DNA of 62,851 bases, the filler included, from Nitrospirota bacterium (lineage in GTDB: Bacteria; UBA2233), in the NCBI GenBank assembly GCA_011620345.1. It is 6 parts of 6 records of this genome, joined end to end, with 100 filler letters (N's around TTAATTAATTAA, not from the genome) between each part and the next. Parts side by side here need not be neighbours in the genome. Positions count along the whole stretch, not along the records: positions 10,196 to 31,676 come from WOZJ01000050.1; positions 31,777 to 41,163 come from WOZJ01000006.1; 4 more parts are not named here. One strand, 5' to 3'. How positions within the stretch are numbered: position 1 is the stretch's first letter; each line of letters begins with the position of its first letter. Shown piece by piece: positions 28,496 through 39,051 of this stretch. The position numbers and the translations under genes were made by a program. The notes below the pieces were generated by a model. That model was not told the DNA's origin, made no database searches, and saw only the letters and a list, made by a program, of their open reading frames with translations.

Positions 28496-29899
28496 ATGCA
28501 GCAATCGCGGTTTCGAACGGAGAGAGACTCCCTAGGCGAGGTTATGGTGCCCGAAGAGGCGTATTACGGCGCCCAGACTCAACGGGCCGTTGAGAACTTC
28601 CACGTTAGCGGGCAGCGCTTCCCGAGGGTCTTCATTAAAGCGCTCGGGCTTATCAAGGGCTATGCGTCGGAAGCGAATGCCGAGCTTGGCCAGTTGGACC
28701 CTGTTCTCGCAGACGCGATCGGTAGGGCCGCAAAGGAAGTGGCGGAGGGGAGTCTCGATAAAGAGTTCGTCGTGGATGTCTACCAGACGGGCTCGGGAAC
28801 TTCGACCAACATGAACGTCAACGAGGTCATTGCAAGCCGTGCCAACGAGCTTCTGGGCGGGAAAAAGGGCGATCGTTTCCCAGTTCATCCAAATGACCAT
28901 GTCAACAAAGGACAGTCGAGCAACGATGTCATCCCAACGGCTATCCACGTGGCCGCCTACGATGAGCTCAAAGGGAACCTCCTGCCAGCTCTTTTTAGGC
29001 TCGAAGGTGCACTTGCAAAAAAGGCCGAATCGTTCTTTGACGTGTTGAAAATTGGTAGGACTCACCTTCAAGATGCCGTTCCTATGCGGCTTTCCCAGGA
29101 GTTTGGAGCTTATGCGACGATGCTAAGGCATGCAGGTGTTCGCCTGAAACATTCAGAATACTTCCTGGAAGAGCTTCCAATCGGCGGTACGGCCGTAGGG
29201 ACCGGACTGAACGCGCACCCAAAGTTCGGCCAGGCCGTTGTCGAAAAATTGCAAGAAGGATTAGGGTATCCGTTTCGTACGGCCGAGGATAAGTTCGAGG
29301 CTATTGGGGCAAAAGATGCCCTTGTTGAATTGAGCGGGGCATTGAAGTCTTTGGCCGTGAGCCTTATTAAAATCGCCAACGATATCCGTCTGCTCAATTC
29401 CGGCCCCCGTTGCGGAATAGGGGAAATCAAGGTTCCATCCGTCCAGCCAGGTTCCTCTATCATGCCGGGCAAGGTGAACCCTGTGATGGCCGAGATGGTG
29501 TGTCAAGTAGCCGTACGTGTGATCGGGAACGATGCAATCGCCACGTTGGCCGGTTTTTCTGGGAACCTAGAGCTCAACACCATGATGCCAGTCCTAGCCC
29601 ATTCGATTTTGGAGAGCTTGAGCCTTTTGGCCAACGCCATGGAGGCGTTTCGTGCAAAGTGTATCGAGAACATCCTTGCAGATTCTGGGCGATGCCATGA
29701 TTGGCTAGAAAAAAGCCTCGCCTTGGTTACCGCCTTGACTCCACAAATCGGATATGACAAGGCTGCGGCACTCGTAAAAAAGGCTTACGAAACCGGGCAG
29801 TCGCTAAAGGAAGTTCTTTTGGAAGAAGGAATTTATTCGAAGGAGGAGGCAGAGGCGCTACTAAACCCCGTCTCTATGCTTGGAGAAGCATTGCCTTAG
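28496..29899 (+). CDS. fumC: Class II fumarate hydratase
   Basis: YYGAQTQRA, QTGSGTSTNMN.NEV, HPNDHVN..QSSND, GRTHLQDA, GSSIMPGKVNP. Confidence 0.95.
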   Translation: MQQSRFRTERDSLGEVMVPEEAYYGAQTQRAVENFHVSGQRFPRVFIKALGLIKGYASEANAELGQLDPVLADAIGRAAKEVAEGSLDKEFVVDVYQTGSGTSTNMNVNEVIASRANELLGGKKGDRFPVHPNDHVNKGQSSNDVIPTAIHVAAYDELKGNLLPALFRLEGALAKKAESFFDVLKIGRTHLQDAVPMRLSQEFGAYATMLRHAGVRLKHSEYFLEELPIGGTAVGTGLNAHPKFGQAVVEKLQEGLGYPFRTAEDKFEAIGAKDALVELSGALKSLAVSLIKIANDIRLLNSGPRCGIGEIKVPSVQPGSSIMPGKVNPVMAEMVCQVAVRVIGNDAIATLAGFSGNLELNTMMPVLAHSILESLSLLANAMEAFRAKCIENILADSGRCHDWLEKSLALVTALTPQIGYDKAAALVKKAYETGQSLKEVLLEEGIYSKEEAEALLNPVSMLGEALP

Positions 29900-30055
29900 A
29901 GGGCCGAAGTAGGGTATGCTTTAAATAGCGTGGAAAGAGTGGAAAGAGTAGTATAGCAGCTTTGAACTCCAAACTTCACATCTTCTTCCTCTCGTTCGTT
30001 TTGGATTGCCTGTTTAGGGTATGCGAGGGGCTGCGAGAGGATCCCATCAAACGAG

Positions 30056-30553
30056 ATGGAAAGCTCGTCCGTTGAACGGCGTTTACGTGAGCTTTTGGAG
30101 CCGGAGATCCTTGCCTTGGGTTTTCGGCTTGTTCTTGTGAGCGTGGATCGCGAACAGAGCAAATGGATGGTTCGTCTCTACCTCGATACGATGGACCCCG
30201 CATCCCGGAGAGTCAACATTGAGGACTGCGCCAAGGTGTCGGAAAGTTCCTCGCTGTTGATCGATAACGATACCCCATTTGAGGGGGCATACACAATCGA
30301 AGTTTCTTCAAGGGGAATCAATCGGCTCTTGGGACCTAAAGATGACTTTAAGAGTTATATCGGCAAGAGGCTTGTGCTTCGGCTTGAGAAGGGGTATTTC
30401 GGGAAGAAGGAGGCCCAAGGGACGCTTATAGGGGTTGAGGGCGACAGGCTAACGCTCCATATGGGGTCGACGGCTCAGGAGCTTGACGTGCCCTTTTCCG
30501 CCATCCGGAGGGCCCATCTTGTGTACGATTTTGATAGAAACGATTTTCTCTAG
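30056..30553 (+). CDS. rimP: Ribosome maturation factor
   Basis: VRLYLD, IEDC..VS, Y.IEVSS.GI.R.L; upstream of nusA. Confidence 0.92.
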   Translation: MESSSVERRLRELLEPEILALGFRLVLVSVDREQSKWMVRLYLDTMDPASRRVNIEDCAKVSESSSLLIDNDTPFEGAYTIEVSSRGINRLLGPKDDFKSYIGKRLVLRLEKGYFGKKEAQGTLIGVEGDRLTLHMGSTAQELDVPFSAIRRAHLVYDFDRNDFL

Positions 30554-30596
30554 CCTAAGCACGCTTTCCTAGCAATAAACGCACGCGAAAGAGCCC

Positions 30597-31676
30597 ATGA
30601 GTACAGAGTTGAAACGCATTATCGAACAGGTTGGCAAAGAAAAAGATATCAGCAAAAAAGTCCTGATTGACACGATTAAGACTGCCGTCCTGTCCGCCGC
30701 CAAGAAGAAGTACGGTAGCCAACGGCCGATTAGCGTCCTGTTTGACGAAGAGACAGGGGCCTTTGACATCCACGAGAGTTATCGTATTGCTCAAAACGTC
30801 GAGGACCCGACGCAGGAGGTTTCCCTTGAAGAGGCGAGACAATACAACGAGTCGGCAGAAGTAGGCGATGTCCTCGAGCGCCACCTTGAGTCCGGCGACT
30901 TGATGAATTTAGGGCGAATTGCCGCCCAGACGGCCAAGCAGGTTTTGATGCAACGCATCCGGGAAATCGAGCGGGAAAACATTTATAATGAGCTCATTTC
31001 CAGAAAAGGCGAACTGGTCAGTGGTATTGTTCAGCGGATCGATCGGGGAGGCAATATTGTCGTCAACATCGGGAAGACGGACGCGCTTTTGCCTTCCAGC
31101 GAGCAGATTTGGGGAGAACATTACAGCCAAGGTGACAGGATTCGCGCGTACCTCTTAGACATCCGCCTCGAAGGCCGGGGGCCGCAACTGATCCTTTCAA
31201 GGACTCACCCGCAATTCCTTGTTCGTCTGTTCGAGCTAGAAGTCCCGGAGATTCGAAACGGCCTCGTTGAGATCGTCAACATAGCCAGAGAGCCGGGGAT
31301 GAGGTCTAAGGTGCTCGTAAAAAGCAAAGATCCAAACGTTGATCCGGCCGGTGCTTGCGTAGGAGTAAGGGGCTCAAGGATACAAAATGTCCTTCAGGAG
31401 TTTCGCTCCGAGCGTATTGATGTAATCCCTTACCATAAGGACATCGAACATCTCGCCCAAAAGGCGCTTGCCCCTTGTGAGATCTTAAACGTGGTTGCCC
31501 TAGAAGAACACAAGACGCTTGAAATCACAGTTCCGGATGAGCAGCTTTCCTTGGCTATCGGCAAGAAGGGCGTTAACGTTCGGCTTGCCTCGAAGCTGCT
31601 TGGCTGGAACATAGACATCCGGAGCAAGTCCGAAGTCCAAAAGATCCGTCAGCTTGCGAAAGAATCCGTCAAGTTC
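30597..31676 (+). CDS. nusA: Transcription factor NusA (3' truncated at contig end)
   Basis: GRIAAQTAKQV, S1 and KH domains, AREPG.RSK, GACVG.RGSR, LSLAIGKKG.NVRLA. Confidence 0.97.
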
Positions 31677-31776
31677 NNNNNNNNNNNNNNNNNNNNNNNN
31701 NNNNNNNNNNNNNNNNNNNNTTAATTAATTAANNNNNNNNNNNNNNNNNNNNNNNNNNNNNNNNNNNNNNNNNNNN

Positions 31777-33186
31777 GGCATCGGGGCGATCGTGGGTGCG
31801 GGCATCTTTGCCGTAACCGGAACGGCCGCCGCAGGGCTCTGGGACCCGGTTACGGGAGCGCTCTTGAGGCCCGGAGCAGGGCCTGCCATTGTCGTCTCGT
31901 TTTTGATAACCTCGCTTGCCTGCGCTTTATGCGCCCTTTGCTACGCTGAGTTAGCCTCGCTCATTCCAATGTCCGGCAGCGCCTATACCTACACGTATGC
32001 CACGATGGGGGAGGTTGTAGCTTGGGTTATCGGCTGGGATTTGATTCTCGAGTACGCCTTCGGCAACGTGCCCGTGGCGGTCAGTTGGTCCGGTTATTTA
32101 CTCGAGCTGCTCAAAGGGTTTGGGTTGGAAGTTCCCGAAGGGCTTGCCTGGCTTACGGTAAGCTACGCCCAAGGGCTTGCCCGGCCAGAGGTTTTGGCTC
32201 TGGCTCCAAGGCTTTTTGGCCATCCCCTGTTTTTCAACCTTCCAGCGTTTGGGATCGTGGTGTTCATTACGGCGCTTCTTGTGGTGGGAATCAAAGAGAG
32301 CGCCCGCTTCAACGCCTTGCTTGTCTGTGTGAAGCTCGTCATCCTTCTTTTCTTCATCCTTGTCGGGGCATTCTACGTCAAGCCAGAAAACTGGCATCCC
32401 TTTGCCCCCTTTGGCTGGAATGGCGTGATGACGGGGGCGGCCTTGGTGTTCTTCGCCTACATCGGGTTCGATGCCATCTCGACGACCTCCGAGGAGACGA
32501 AAAACCCCAAGAAGGACATTCCCTTCGGGATTTTAGGCTCACTCATTGTCTGCACAATCCTCTATGTTTTGGTTGCGGGCGTGCTGACGGGCCTCGTGCC
32601 ATACAGGCAGTTGGGCGTGGCCGAGCCTTTGGCGCTCGTCCTGCGCGTTATCGGGCTTAATTTTGCAGCAGGGGTCGTCGCGTTCGGGGCGCTTATCGCG
32701 ACGACTACCGTGCTTCTCGTGTTCCATATCGGCCAAACCCGTATCCTGTTTGCTATGTCAAGAGACGGGCTCTTGCCTCCGGTGTTTGCCAGGATTCACC
32801 CGCAGTTCAGAACGCCCCACGTCGCCACGATGATCACCGGGGTGGTCGTTGCGCTCGTCGCTGGGTTCATCGATATCGGCGAGGCAGTAGAGCTTTCGAA
32901 CATCGGGACGCTTTTCGCCTTCGTGTTGGTCAGCTTTGGAATTATCGTTTTGCGCTACAAAAGCCCGCACCTCGAAAGGTCTTTTCGGGTGCCTTTTGTC
33001 CCTTGGCTTCCCTTGCTAGGAGCCGCTTTTTGCTTCTACCTGATGGCAAGCTTGCCCTGGATCACCTGGGTGCGATTTTTCGTATGGCTGGGCTTGGGGC
33101 TCGTCGTCTACCTATGCTACGGCCTTCGCCACAGTAGGCTGCATAAAGGCAAAGGCCGTCGTTCAATTTCTAACGATCGCCCCTGA
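31777..33186 (+). CDS. APC-family amino acid permease (5' truncated)
   Basis: GIGAIVGAGIF, GSAYTY, GWDLILEY, FFAYIGFD, SRDGLLP, IGTLFAF. Confidence 0.95.
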   Translation, partial: GIGAIVGAGIFAVTGTAAAGLWDPVTGALLRPGAGPAIVVSFLITSLACALCALCYAELASLIPMSGSAYTYTYATMGEVVAWVIGWDLILEYAFGNVPVAVSWSGYLLELLKGFGLEVPEGLAWLTVSYAQGLARPEVLALAPRLFGHPLFFNLPAFGIVVFITALLVVGIKESARFNALLVCVKLVILLFFILVGAFYVKPENWHPFAPFGWNGVMTGAALVFFAYIGFDAISTTSEETKNPKKDIPFGILGSLIVCTILYVLVAGVLTGLVPYRQLGVAEPLALVLRVIGLNFAAGVVAFGALIATTTVLLVFHIGQTRILFAMSRDGLLPPVFARIHPQFRTPHVATMITGVVVALVAGFIDIGEAVELSNIGTLFAFVLVSFGIIVLRYKSPHLERSFRVPFVPWLPLLGAAFCFYLMASLPWITWVRFFVWLGLGLVVYLCYGLRHSRLHKGKGRRSISNDRP

Positions 33187-33397
33187 AGTCCTCCCGAGTC
33201 GTCCAAGCCCCTACCCAACGCACGTAAGCCCACAACGCCTATACCCCCCTTCTTTAAGGTGGTCCTTGTACGCGGGCATCTTGATCGTTTGCCCGTTGAG
33301 GAAGAAACGGGCCAAGGGGTTTTTCCCGGGCCTTTTTGTTCTCCTCTCAAAAGAACCCACTCCCGAAACTCTGGACGGCCAAGCAAGGACGGGCGCT

Positions 33398-34231
33398 TCA
33401 GGCGGGCCCTTTTTTCGGCTGGCATTCAGACGCGTCCACGGCATCCGGCCGGAATGCCTCCGCGTATTTTCTAGAGTAGCCCCTCGGTGTGACCATCCAG
33501 CCTTCGAATACGAAGGTCTGGGAGTTGCCGACGAGGATCGTCGTGAGCATGCCGATGGGGTGATCGAGTATGCGGGCCAAATCGGTGAGCACGACGTCCT
33601 GGCCCTCGCGGTAGGCGCTCTTTACGATGCCTACGGGGGTTTTGCCGCCCCTGTGCTCAAGCAGGATGTCCCTTGCCTCCACGACCTGCCAGGGGCGCTT
33701 GCCAGAGGCAGGGTTGTACAGCGCCACGACGAAGTCGGCCCTGGCCGCGGCCTCGATGCGGCTTCGAATGATTTCCCACGGGGTCAAGTGGTCGCTTAGG
33801 CTGATCGCGGCGAAATCGTGCATGATCGGCGCGCCTAAGAGCGAGGCGGCGGCTAAGAGCGCCGTGATGCCCGGGATGGTTTCAAGTACGACGTCCTTTC
33901 CGGGGATAATGCCCCTTGTCTTGCATATTTCGAGGACTAGCCCGGCCATCCCGTAGATGCCGGCATCCCCGCTGGAGACGACGGCTACACGCTCGCCCTT
34001 GAGGGCTTCATCGAGGGCTAGGCCCGCCCTTTTGACCTCTTCGGTCATGCCGGTCTGGACGATCCGTTTTCCCTCCACAAGCCCTTTGACGAGCCGGATG
34101 TAGGTCTTGTAGCCGACCACCACGCTCGCTTCCTGGATCGCCTTGAACGCCTTCGGCGTGATGTGCTCTTGGTTACCCGGGCCGAACCCGACGATCGAGA
34201 GCTTACCCTTCGGGGATTCCCCCTTAACCAT
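33398..34231 (-). CDS. cbiH: Precorrin-3B C17-methyltransferase (CbiH/CobJ)
   Basis: VGFGPG, VGYKTYI, SSGDAGIYGMAG, HDFAAISLSD.LTPW, LYNP.S, TPRGY. Confidence 0.96.
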   Translation of the reverse strand: MVKGESPKGKLSIVGFGPGNQEHITPKAFKAIQEASVVVGYKTYIRLVKGLVEGKRIVQTGMTEEVKRAGLALDEALKGERVAVVSSGDAGIYGMAGLVLEICKTRGIIPGKDVVLETIPGITALLAAASLLGAPIMHDFAAISLSDHLTPWEIIRSRIEAAARADFVVALYNPASGKRPWQVVEARDILLEHRGGKTPVGIVKSAYREGQDVVLTDLARILDHPIGMLTTILVGNSQTFVFEGWMVTPRGYSRKYAEAFRPDAVDASECQPKKGPA

Positions 34232-35336
34232 CCTGCTCTCCTTCGAACCGCACCCTAGCAATCGCCAGGGTGGCCTTCTTCAATTTCACCTTGGGAACGA
34301 TCAGTTCGCCAAAATTGCCCCCAAGGATGGCAGAGGGCTCGGCCACTCCGATGACGCCAACGTACTTCATCGCCATGGTGGATGGGTTGGGCACGTCCTT
34401 TACGCGGTTGAGCTCCTCTTTGGCGAACGTGAGCAGGGGGAGGCCTCGTGTTTGGGCGAATTGGACAATGGCGGGCTCGTTTTTCCGGATGTCGATCGTG
34501 GCGAGCGCCCGGACGCTCAAAAAAGAAAGCCCGCGCTCTTGGAGCGTTTTCAGAACAAGCGTCTCGAGTTCTTCGAGCGGTACCCCTCTATCGCACCCGA
34601 TCCCCAAAACCAGGCTCTTTGGCCTGTACACGACCGTCTTCCTGGCAAGCGCTAAAGGGAGCGTAATGAGCCTGTCCGTGATGATCAGGCAGGCCGATAG
34701 CGGCGTGCTGGCTAGTGCTTCAAGTGATTGGAGCGTACGCAGGTTTCTAGGGAGCGGCCTGCCTTTTGGCCAGAACGTCGGCTCGCCCGCCTCCTGAAAG
34801 ATGCCCACGGGTTCGTCGTTGACCACGCAGGCGCTCACGGTGGTCACGTTCTCGATGCCCTCTAGCGCCCAGCCGAGATCGCGGCCTAAAATATCCACCC
34901 CAATCGTTCCTAAACTGTCCGACGCGGTCGTGATGACGGGCGTAGCGCCTATACGTTCGGCAAGCTGGTTCGCAAGCGCGTTCGCCCCGCCCAAATGCCC
35001 CGAAAGGACGCTGATGACGAACCTTCCGGCCTCGTCGAGCGCGATGACAGCGGGGTCGGTGTGCTTGTCCTTTAGGAGCGTTGCGATGCTCCGAACGAGC
35101 GCGCCCAGCGAAACGACCGCGACGATCCCCTTATACCGCGGCCAGAGATCGGCCAAGAGCTCTTTGAGGGGTTCTTGGACGGGGCTGGCAAAGGGTGCTT
35201 CATCCTGGAATCTTTCTGGGACAAACGCATCGGCTTGAGGGAGCGCGTCCTTGAGCCTGGCAAGGAGCTTGGCTCCGCCCTTGGTTATGGCAACGAGCGC
35301 GATCGATTCAAGATTCAACGGCATTCCTCCAGCCAA
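34224..35336 (-). CDS. cbiG: Cobalt-precorrin-5A hydrolase
   Basis: GA.VR.IA..L.DK.TDPAV, LSGHLGGAN, PVITTASD, GIGC.RG, GVAEPSA. Confidence 0.95.
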   Translation of the reverse strand: MAGGMPLNLESIALVAITKGGAKLLARLKDALPQADAFVPERFQDEAPFASPVQEPLKELLADLWPRYKGIVAVVSLGALVRSIATLLKDKHTDPAVIALDEAGRFVISVLSGHLGGANALANQLAERIGATPVITTASDSLGTIGVDILGRDLGWALEGIENVTTVSACVVNDEPVGIFQEAGEPTFWPKGRPLPRNLRTLQSLEALASTPLSACLIITDRLITLPLALARKTVVYRPKSLVLGIGCDRGVPLEELETLVLKTLQERGLSFLSVRALATIDIRKNEPAIVQFAQTRGLPLLTFAKEELNRVKDVPNPSTMAMKYVGVIGVAEPSAILGGNFGELIVPKVKLKKATLAIARVRFEGEQDG

Positions 35337-36552
35337 CGACGAGGAACACGGGGTTAAGGCCGACGAGCCTTGTAAGCCCTAGGAGCTCTTTGCTTCTCGA
35401 GGCCTGGATCAGCGTGACCTCCGCTTGGAAGCCAATCCCCTTGAGCGCCCGCAGGGTTTGCGCGAGCGTCTCGAGCGTTGCGATGTTGACAACGACCCGG
35501 CCGAAGGGTTGGAGCACTTGGGCCACATGCTCTAGAATGCCTTTCATCCTGCCACCCGAGCCGCCCACGAACACGGCATCGGGAGCCTCCGGAATGTCCT
35601 CTAGCGCCTCGGGGGCAACGCCCTGGACGATCTCTAGGTTGGCAACGGCAAGCTTTAGACGGTTCTTCTTGATGTGTTCCACGTCTTCGGGGTGCTTTTC
35701 GATTGCGTAGACCATCCCTTTCCTCGCAATCCTTGCCGCTTCGAGCCCCACAGAACCAGAGCCCGCCCCGATGTCGAACACGACGCTCGTTTCCTTTAGC
35801 CATAGTTTGGCAAGGCTCACCGCTCGAACCTCGGCCTTGGTGATGAGGCCTTTGTCCGGGGTACGCTGGAAGAACGCCTTATCGGGGATGCCGGTTATGG
35901 GAAAGACTTCTTGCGGCCCGGGCTCTTTCTTTAAGAGGACCACGACGTTCAAGGGGCTGAAGGTTTGCGATGCGATGTCGTGGAGCTCGCCAAACGTCAC
36001 CCGCTCGTTGGCACCGCCCAAATTTTCTAACACGTAGGCAACGTACCTAGGTCCGATTCGCTCGAGCAGCTCGGAGGCGATGCGCTGAGGGGTGTTCGTG
36101 GGGTCGGTGAGGATACCGATTTTTTTTGCGTGTGGGATGGCAGCGAACAGCTCCCGGAGCCCTTTTGCGTGCAGGCTCACAAACGTGGCGTCTGAGTGGC
36201 TCTCCTTTATCCTGGCGAAGGCGAGCTGGAGGGAGCTTAGGTTTGGCAGCACCTCCACGGCCTGCTTGCCGAGCTCCCTGACTAGGCTTTCCGCGATCCC
36301 AAAAAAGAACGGATCGCCCGATGCCAGCACGACCTGGCGCTTTTTCCCCAGGCGGGCGTGGACGGCCTGGATCGCCGCCTGGATGTCGCCCCCGATCACC
36401 ACCTTATCGGCCGGATGGTCCTGGAACAGCGAAAGGAGTCGTTTGCCTCCGTAGAGAACCTCCGCCCTTTCGATGAGCCCGGCCGCACCCTGAGGGAGCC
36501 CTTGCCTACCCTCAAACCCGACCCCCAAGACATAAACCTTCGTGCGGTCCAT
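35308..36552 (-). CDS. cbiET: Bifunctional precorrin-6Y C5,15-methyltransferase (CbiE-CbiT fusion)
   Basis: LASGDPFFFG, SSLQLAFAR, E.LGG..E, LITK.EVR, DIGAGSGSV, PDAVFVGG. Confidence 0.94.
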   Translation of the reverse strand: MDRTKVYVLGVGFEGRQGLPQGAAGLIERAEVLYGGKRLLSLFQDHPADKVVIGGDIQAAIQAVHARLGKKRQVVLASGDPFFFGIAESLVRELGKQAVEVLPNLSSLQLAFARIKESHSDATFVSLHAKGLRELFAAIPHAKKIGILTDPTNTPQRIASELLERIGPRYVAYVLENLGGANERVTFGELHDIASQTFSPLNVVVLLKKEPGPQEVFPITGIPDKAFFQRTPDKGLITKAEVRAVSLAKLWLKETSVVFDIGAGSGSVGLEAARIARKGMVYAIEKHPEDVEHIKKNRLKLAVANLEIVQGVAPEALEDIPEAPDAVFVGGSGGRMKGILEHVAQVLQPFGRVVVNIATLETLAQTLRALKGIGFQAEVTLIQASRSKELLGLTRLVGLNPVFLVVGWRNAVES

Positions 36553-36554
36553 CT

Positions 36555-37646
36555 TTACCCCGCGTATCGTCCGAGCACGTTTCCCTCGAAATCAACGAGT
36601 ACCGCTTCAAAGCAGGCCGACCCCTCAAGCCTTTGCTTGGATACGGCCACACAGCGCTCGCACAGTAACGGATAAAACCCCGTCAGGCCGGAGCGCTGGA
36701 CGATTTCCATCGCATGCCTGGCCGTGTTGGCCGAAAAAAGCTCGTTTGCCAGTCTTTGGCTTGCCCCCGCTTCGAGCGCAAGGCTGGAAAGGAGGCCCAT
36801 ATCCACTTTGGAGCCCGCCGCATGCGTCTGTCTCGTCCCCTTGGCTATCTTGACCATCTTTCCGATCATCGCAACGACCGTGATGCGCTTGAAGCCAAGC
36901 CTCAAGGCACTCGCCTGGGCAAAATGAACGAAATCGCCCATCTGGATGAACCCTTCTTTGGGGAGGTCTTGAAAGAGCGCCATGGCGAAGTCTTCCGTCC
37001 TGTCGCCCGTCGTGAGCACGGACCATTCAAGCCCAGAGGCCCTTGCGACCTGGAGTGCTTGATGGATGCTTGCCTTGAACGCGGCCGTCGAGTAGGGCTT
37101 GACGATCCCCGTAACCCCGAGGATCGAAATGCCGCCCAGGATTCCGAGCCTCGGGTTGAGCGTTTTCTTGGCAAGCTCCTCCCCGCCGGGAACGCTCACC
37201 ACCACCCTCGCGCCTTTTCCCCTGAGCCCGTCTCCAAGGGCCTCCTGGATCGCGTTGCGTATCATCTTCCGCGGCACCGGGTTGACGGCCCACTCTCCTA
37301 TACCAAGCTCTAACCCCGGCTTGGTCACTACGCCGACCCCGCCTCCACCCTCTATCCGTACCTCGCCCGGGGCCATGATCCAGGAAACCTCGGCCACGAT
37401 CTCCGCGCCGTGCGTGACGTCCGGATCATCGCCAGCGTCTTTGATGACGCTTGCAAGCGCCCCGTCCCCGGATACTTGGGCATGGTGCATGCAAAACCTT
37501 GCCGTTTGACCGATAGGCAGGCGAATTTCCACCTCTTGGGGCACGACCCCGGAGAGCAGTCCAAGGCCGGCCGCCTTGGCCGCCGCGGCCGCGCAGGCTC
37601 CCGTCGTAAAGCCTGTCCTAAGCTTGCCCTTTCGGGGCGTCTCCAC
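36555..37646 (-). CDS. cbiD: Cobalt-precorrin-5B C1-methyltransferase
   Basis: LRTGFTTGACAAAA, KDAGDDPDVTHG, NPVPR.MI, TLNPRLGILGGISILG.TGIV.P. Confidence 0.97.
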   Translation of the reverse strand: METPRKGKLRTGFTTGACAAAAAKAAGLGLLSGVVPQEVEIRLPIGQTARFCMHHAQVSGDGALASVIKDAGDDPDVTHGAEIVAEVSWIMAPGEVRIEGGGGVGVVTKPGLELGIGEWAVNPVPRKMIRNAIQEALGDGLRGKGARVVVSVPGGEELAKKTLNPRLGILGGISILGVTGIVKPYSTAAFKASIHQALQVARASGLEWSVLTTGDRTEDFAMALFQDLPKEGFIQMGDFVHFAQASALRLGFKRITVVAMIGKMVKIAKGTRQTHAAGSKVDMGLLSSLALEAGASQRLANELFSANTARHAMEIVQRSGLTGFYPLLCERCVAVSKQRLEGSACFEAVLVDFEGNVLGRYAG

Positions 37647-38283
37647 GGCCTTTCTCCAGCGCTAGGCGAATCATCGCGTTCAAGGCGGCCACGGCCACGC
37701 TCGATCCGCCCTTTGGCCCCCTGACCGTGATCACGGGCACGCCAAGGGTAGGCAGCGCGAGCGCTTGCTCTTTCGACTCTGCCGCCATGACGAATCCCAC
37801 AGGGACGCCGATAACGAGAGAGGGCCTTGTCTTGCCCTCCAAGGTAAGCCGGAAGAGCTCAAGGAGCGCCGTTGGGGCGTTTCCAACCGCATAGAGCGCG
37901 TTTGGGAAAAGCTCCGCGGCCTTCTGCATCGCGATCGCTGCCCTTGTTGTCCCGAGCGCTTTGGCCTTCTTTGCGACATCCTCGTCCGCCATGAAACAGC
38001 GGACTTCTCCGCCCAAGTCCTGGAGCCCTTTTTTGTTGATGCCGGCCCGAACCATTTCGACATCCACGATGACGGGGCTTCCTTGCTGGAGGGCGAGAAC
38101 CCCTTTTTCCGCCGCCCCCTCGGAGATCAGCAGCGTGTCAGCAAACGAGAAATCGGCCGTGGCATGGATAACCCTGGCCAAAATGGCCCCCTTCGGCCCT
38201 TGAAGGAGGCCTTCTTGACCTTTCTTGCGAAGCCCTTCTTGGACTATCCGAAAGCTTTCGGCCTCGATGTGCTCCGGGTTCAT
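37618..38283 (-). CDS. cbiC: Precorrin-8X methylmutase (CbiC/CobH)
   Basis: IEAESF.I, RVIHATAD, GNAPTAL, GVPVGFV.AAESK, KGGS.VA.A..NA. Confidence 0.96.
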   Translation of the reverse strand: MNPEHIEAESFRIVQEGLRKKGQEGLLQGPKGAILARVIHATADFSFADTLLISEGAAEKGVLALQQGSPVIVDVEMVRAGINKKGLQDLGGEVRCFMADEDVAKKAKALGTTRAAIAMQKAAELFPNALYAVGNAPTALLELFRLTLEGKTRPSLVIGVPVGFVMAAESKEQALALPTLGVPVITVRGPKGGSSVAVAALNAMIRLALEKGRGDAPKGQA

Positions 38284-38358
38284 GGCGGTCCCCCTTTTTG
38301 GCTAACGAAGCGGTTTTGTATGCATCGTCCGGTCTAAGAGAAAGCGTAGAAAATGCGC

Positions 38359-39051
38359 CTAGGGGGTTGTTGGCAAACGGCAACGGGGCGACCGGACGAT
38401 GTACAAGGAAAAATAGCTATCCTGAGGCTCTTCTGAAGCCGCCTCGAGTTTGCCCTCTCGAAAGCGGTACACCTCTTTGTTCAGCTCTCTAGCCATCCGT
38501 ATGGCTTCTTCTAGGTGTCGGCTTGGCTTTACGAGCACGACCGTGGTGCAGGATTCCATAAGGGGTTTGAGCCCGTCGATACCGTACGAGAGAGGGTAGA
38601 CGGCGAAGGCCTCATCGCCGAGCGCCAACGGAACGAGCGCGCTTGCCGCAGCAAGGCTAAAGGAGCTAACCCCTGGAACAACTTCGACAGGAATGCCCGT
38701 TTGAGTCAAGTAAGGCAAAAGCCTTGCGCCCGTCCCGTACAGCATGGGGTCTCCAAGACAAAGGAAGGCAACGCTCTTTCCGAGGCGGGCCTCTTGAAGG
38801 AGTGCCTCCGCCGCTTCCTTGACGTAGCCCTCGAGCCGCGCTTCATCCGGCACCATCGGGAACACGAGGGTGCGAACATCTTGGTTGGGGCGAAGATTCG
38901 GCAAGGCGACTTGAAGCGCCCGGCTTGTAGCGTTTGACGAAGCGGTCGGAACGAACAAGACGTCGGCCGTACGAAGCGCGTCTAGCGCCTTAAGCGTAAG
39001 GAGTTCTTGCCTTCCTGGTCCAAGCCCGACAATCAGGATCTTTCCAGCCAT
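38359..39051 (-). CDS. cbiL: Precorrin-2 C20-methyltransferase (CbiL/CobI)
   Basis: VGLGPG..ELLTLKA, LVFPM, LGDPMLYGT, VPGVSS, YFSL.IV. Confidence 0.93.
   Translation of the reverse strand: MAGKILIVGLGPGRQELLTLKALDALRTADVLFVPTASSNATSRALQVALPNLRPNQDVRTLVFPMVPDEARLEGYVKEAAEALLQEARLGKSVAFLCLGDPMLYGTGARLLPYLTQTGIPVEVVPGVSSFSLAAASALVPLALGDEAFAVYPLSYGIDGLKPLMESCTTVVLVKPSRHLEEAIRMARELNKEVYRFREGKLEAASEEPQDSYFSLYIVRSPRCRLPTTP

Noticed and set aside
29930-29950. GTGGAAAGA tandem repeat upstream of rimP
   Set aside because: Only two 9-bp copies; no supporting context.
33190-33400. Hairpins and short ORFs between the permease and cbiH
   Set aside because: Convergent intergenic region; weak stems compatible with terminators, and no family motif or RBS-supported ORF.
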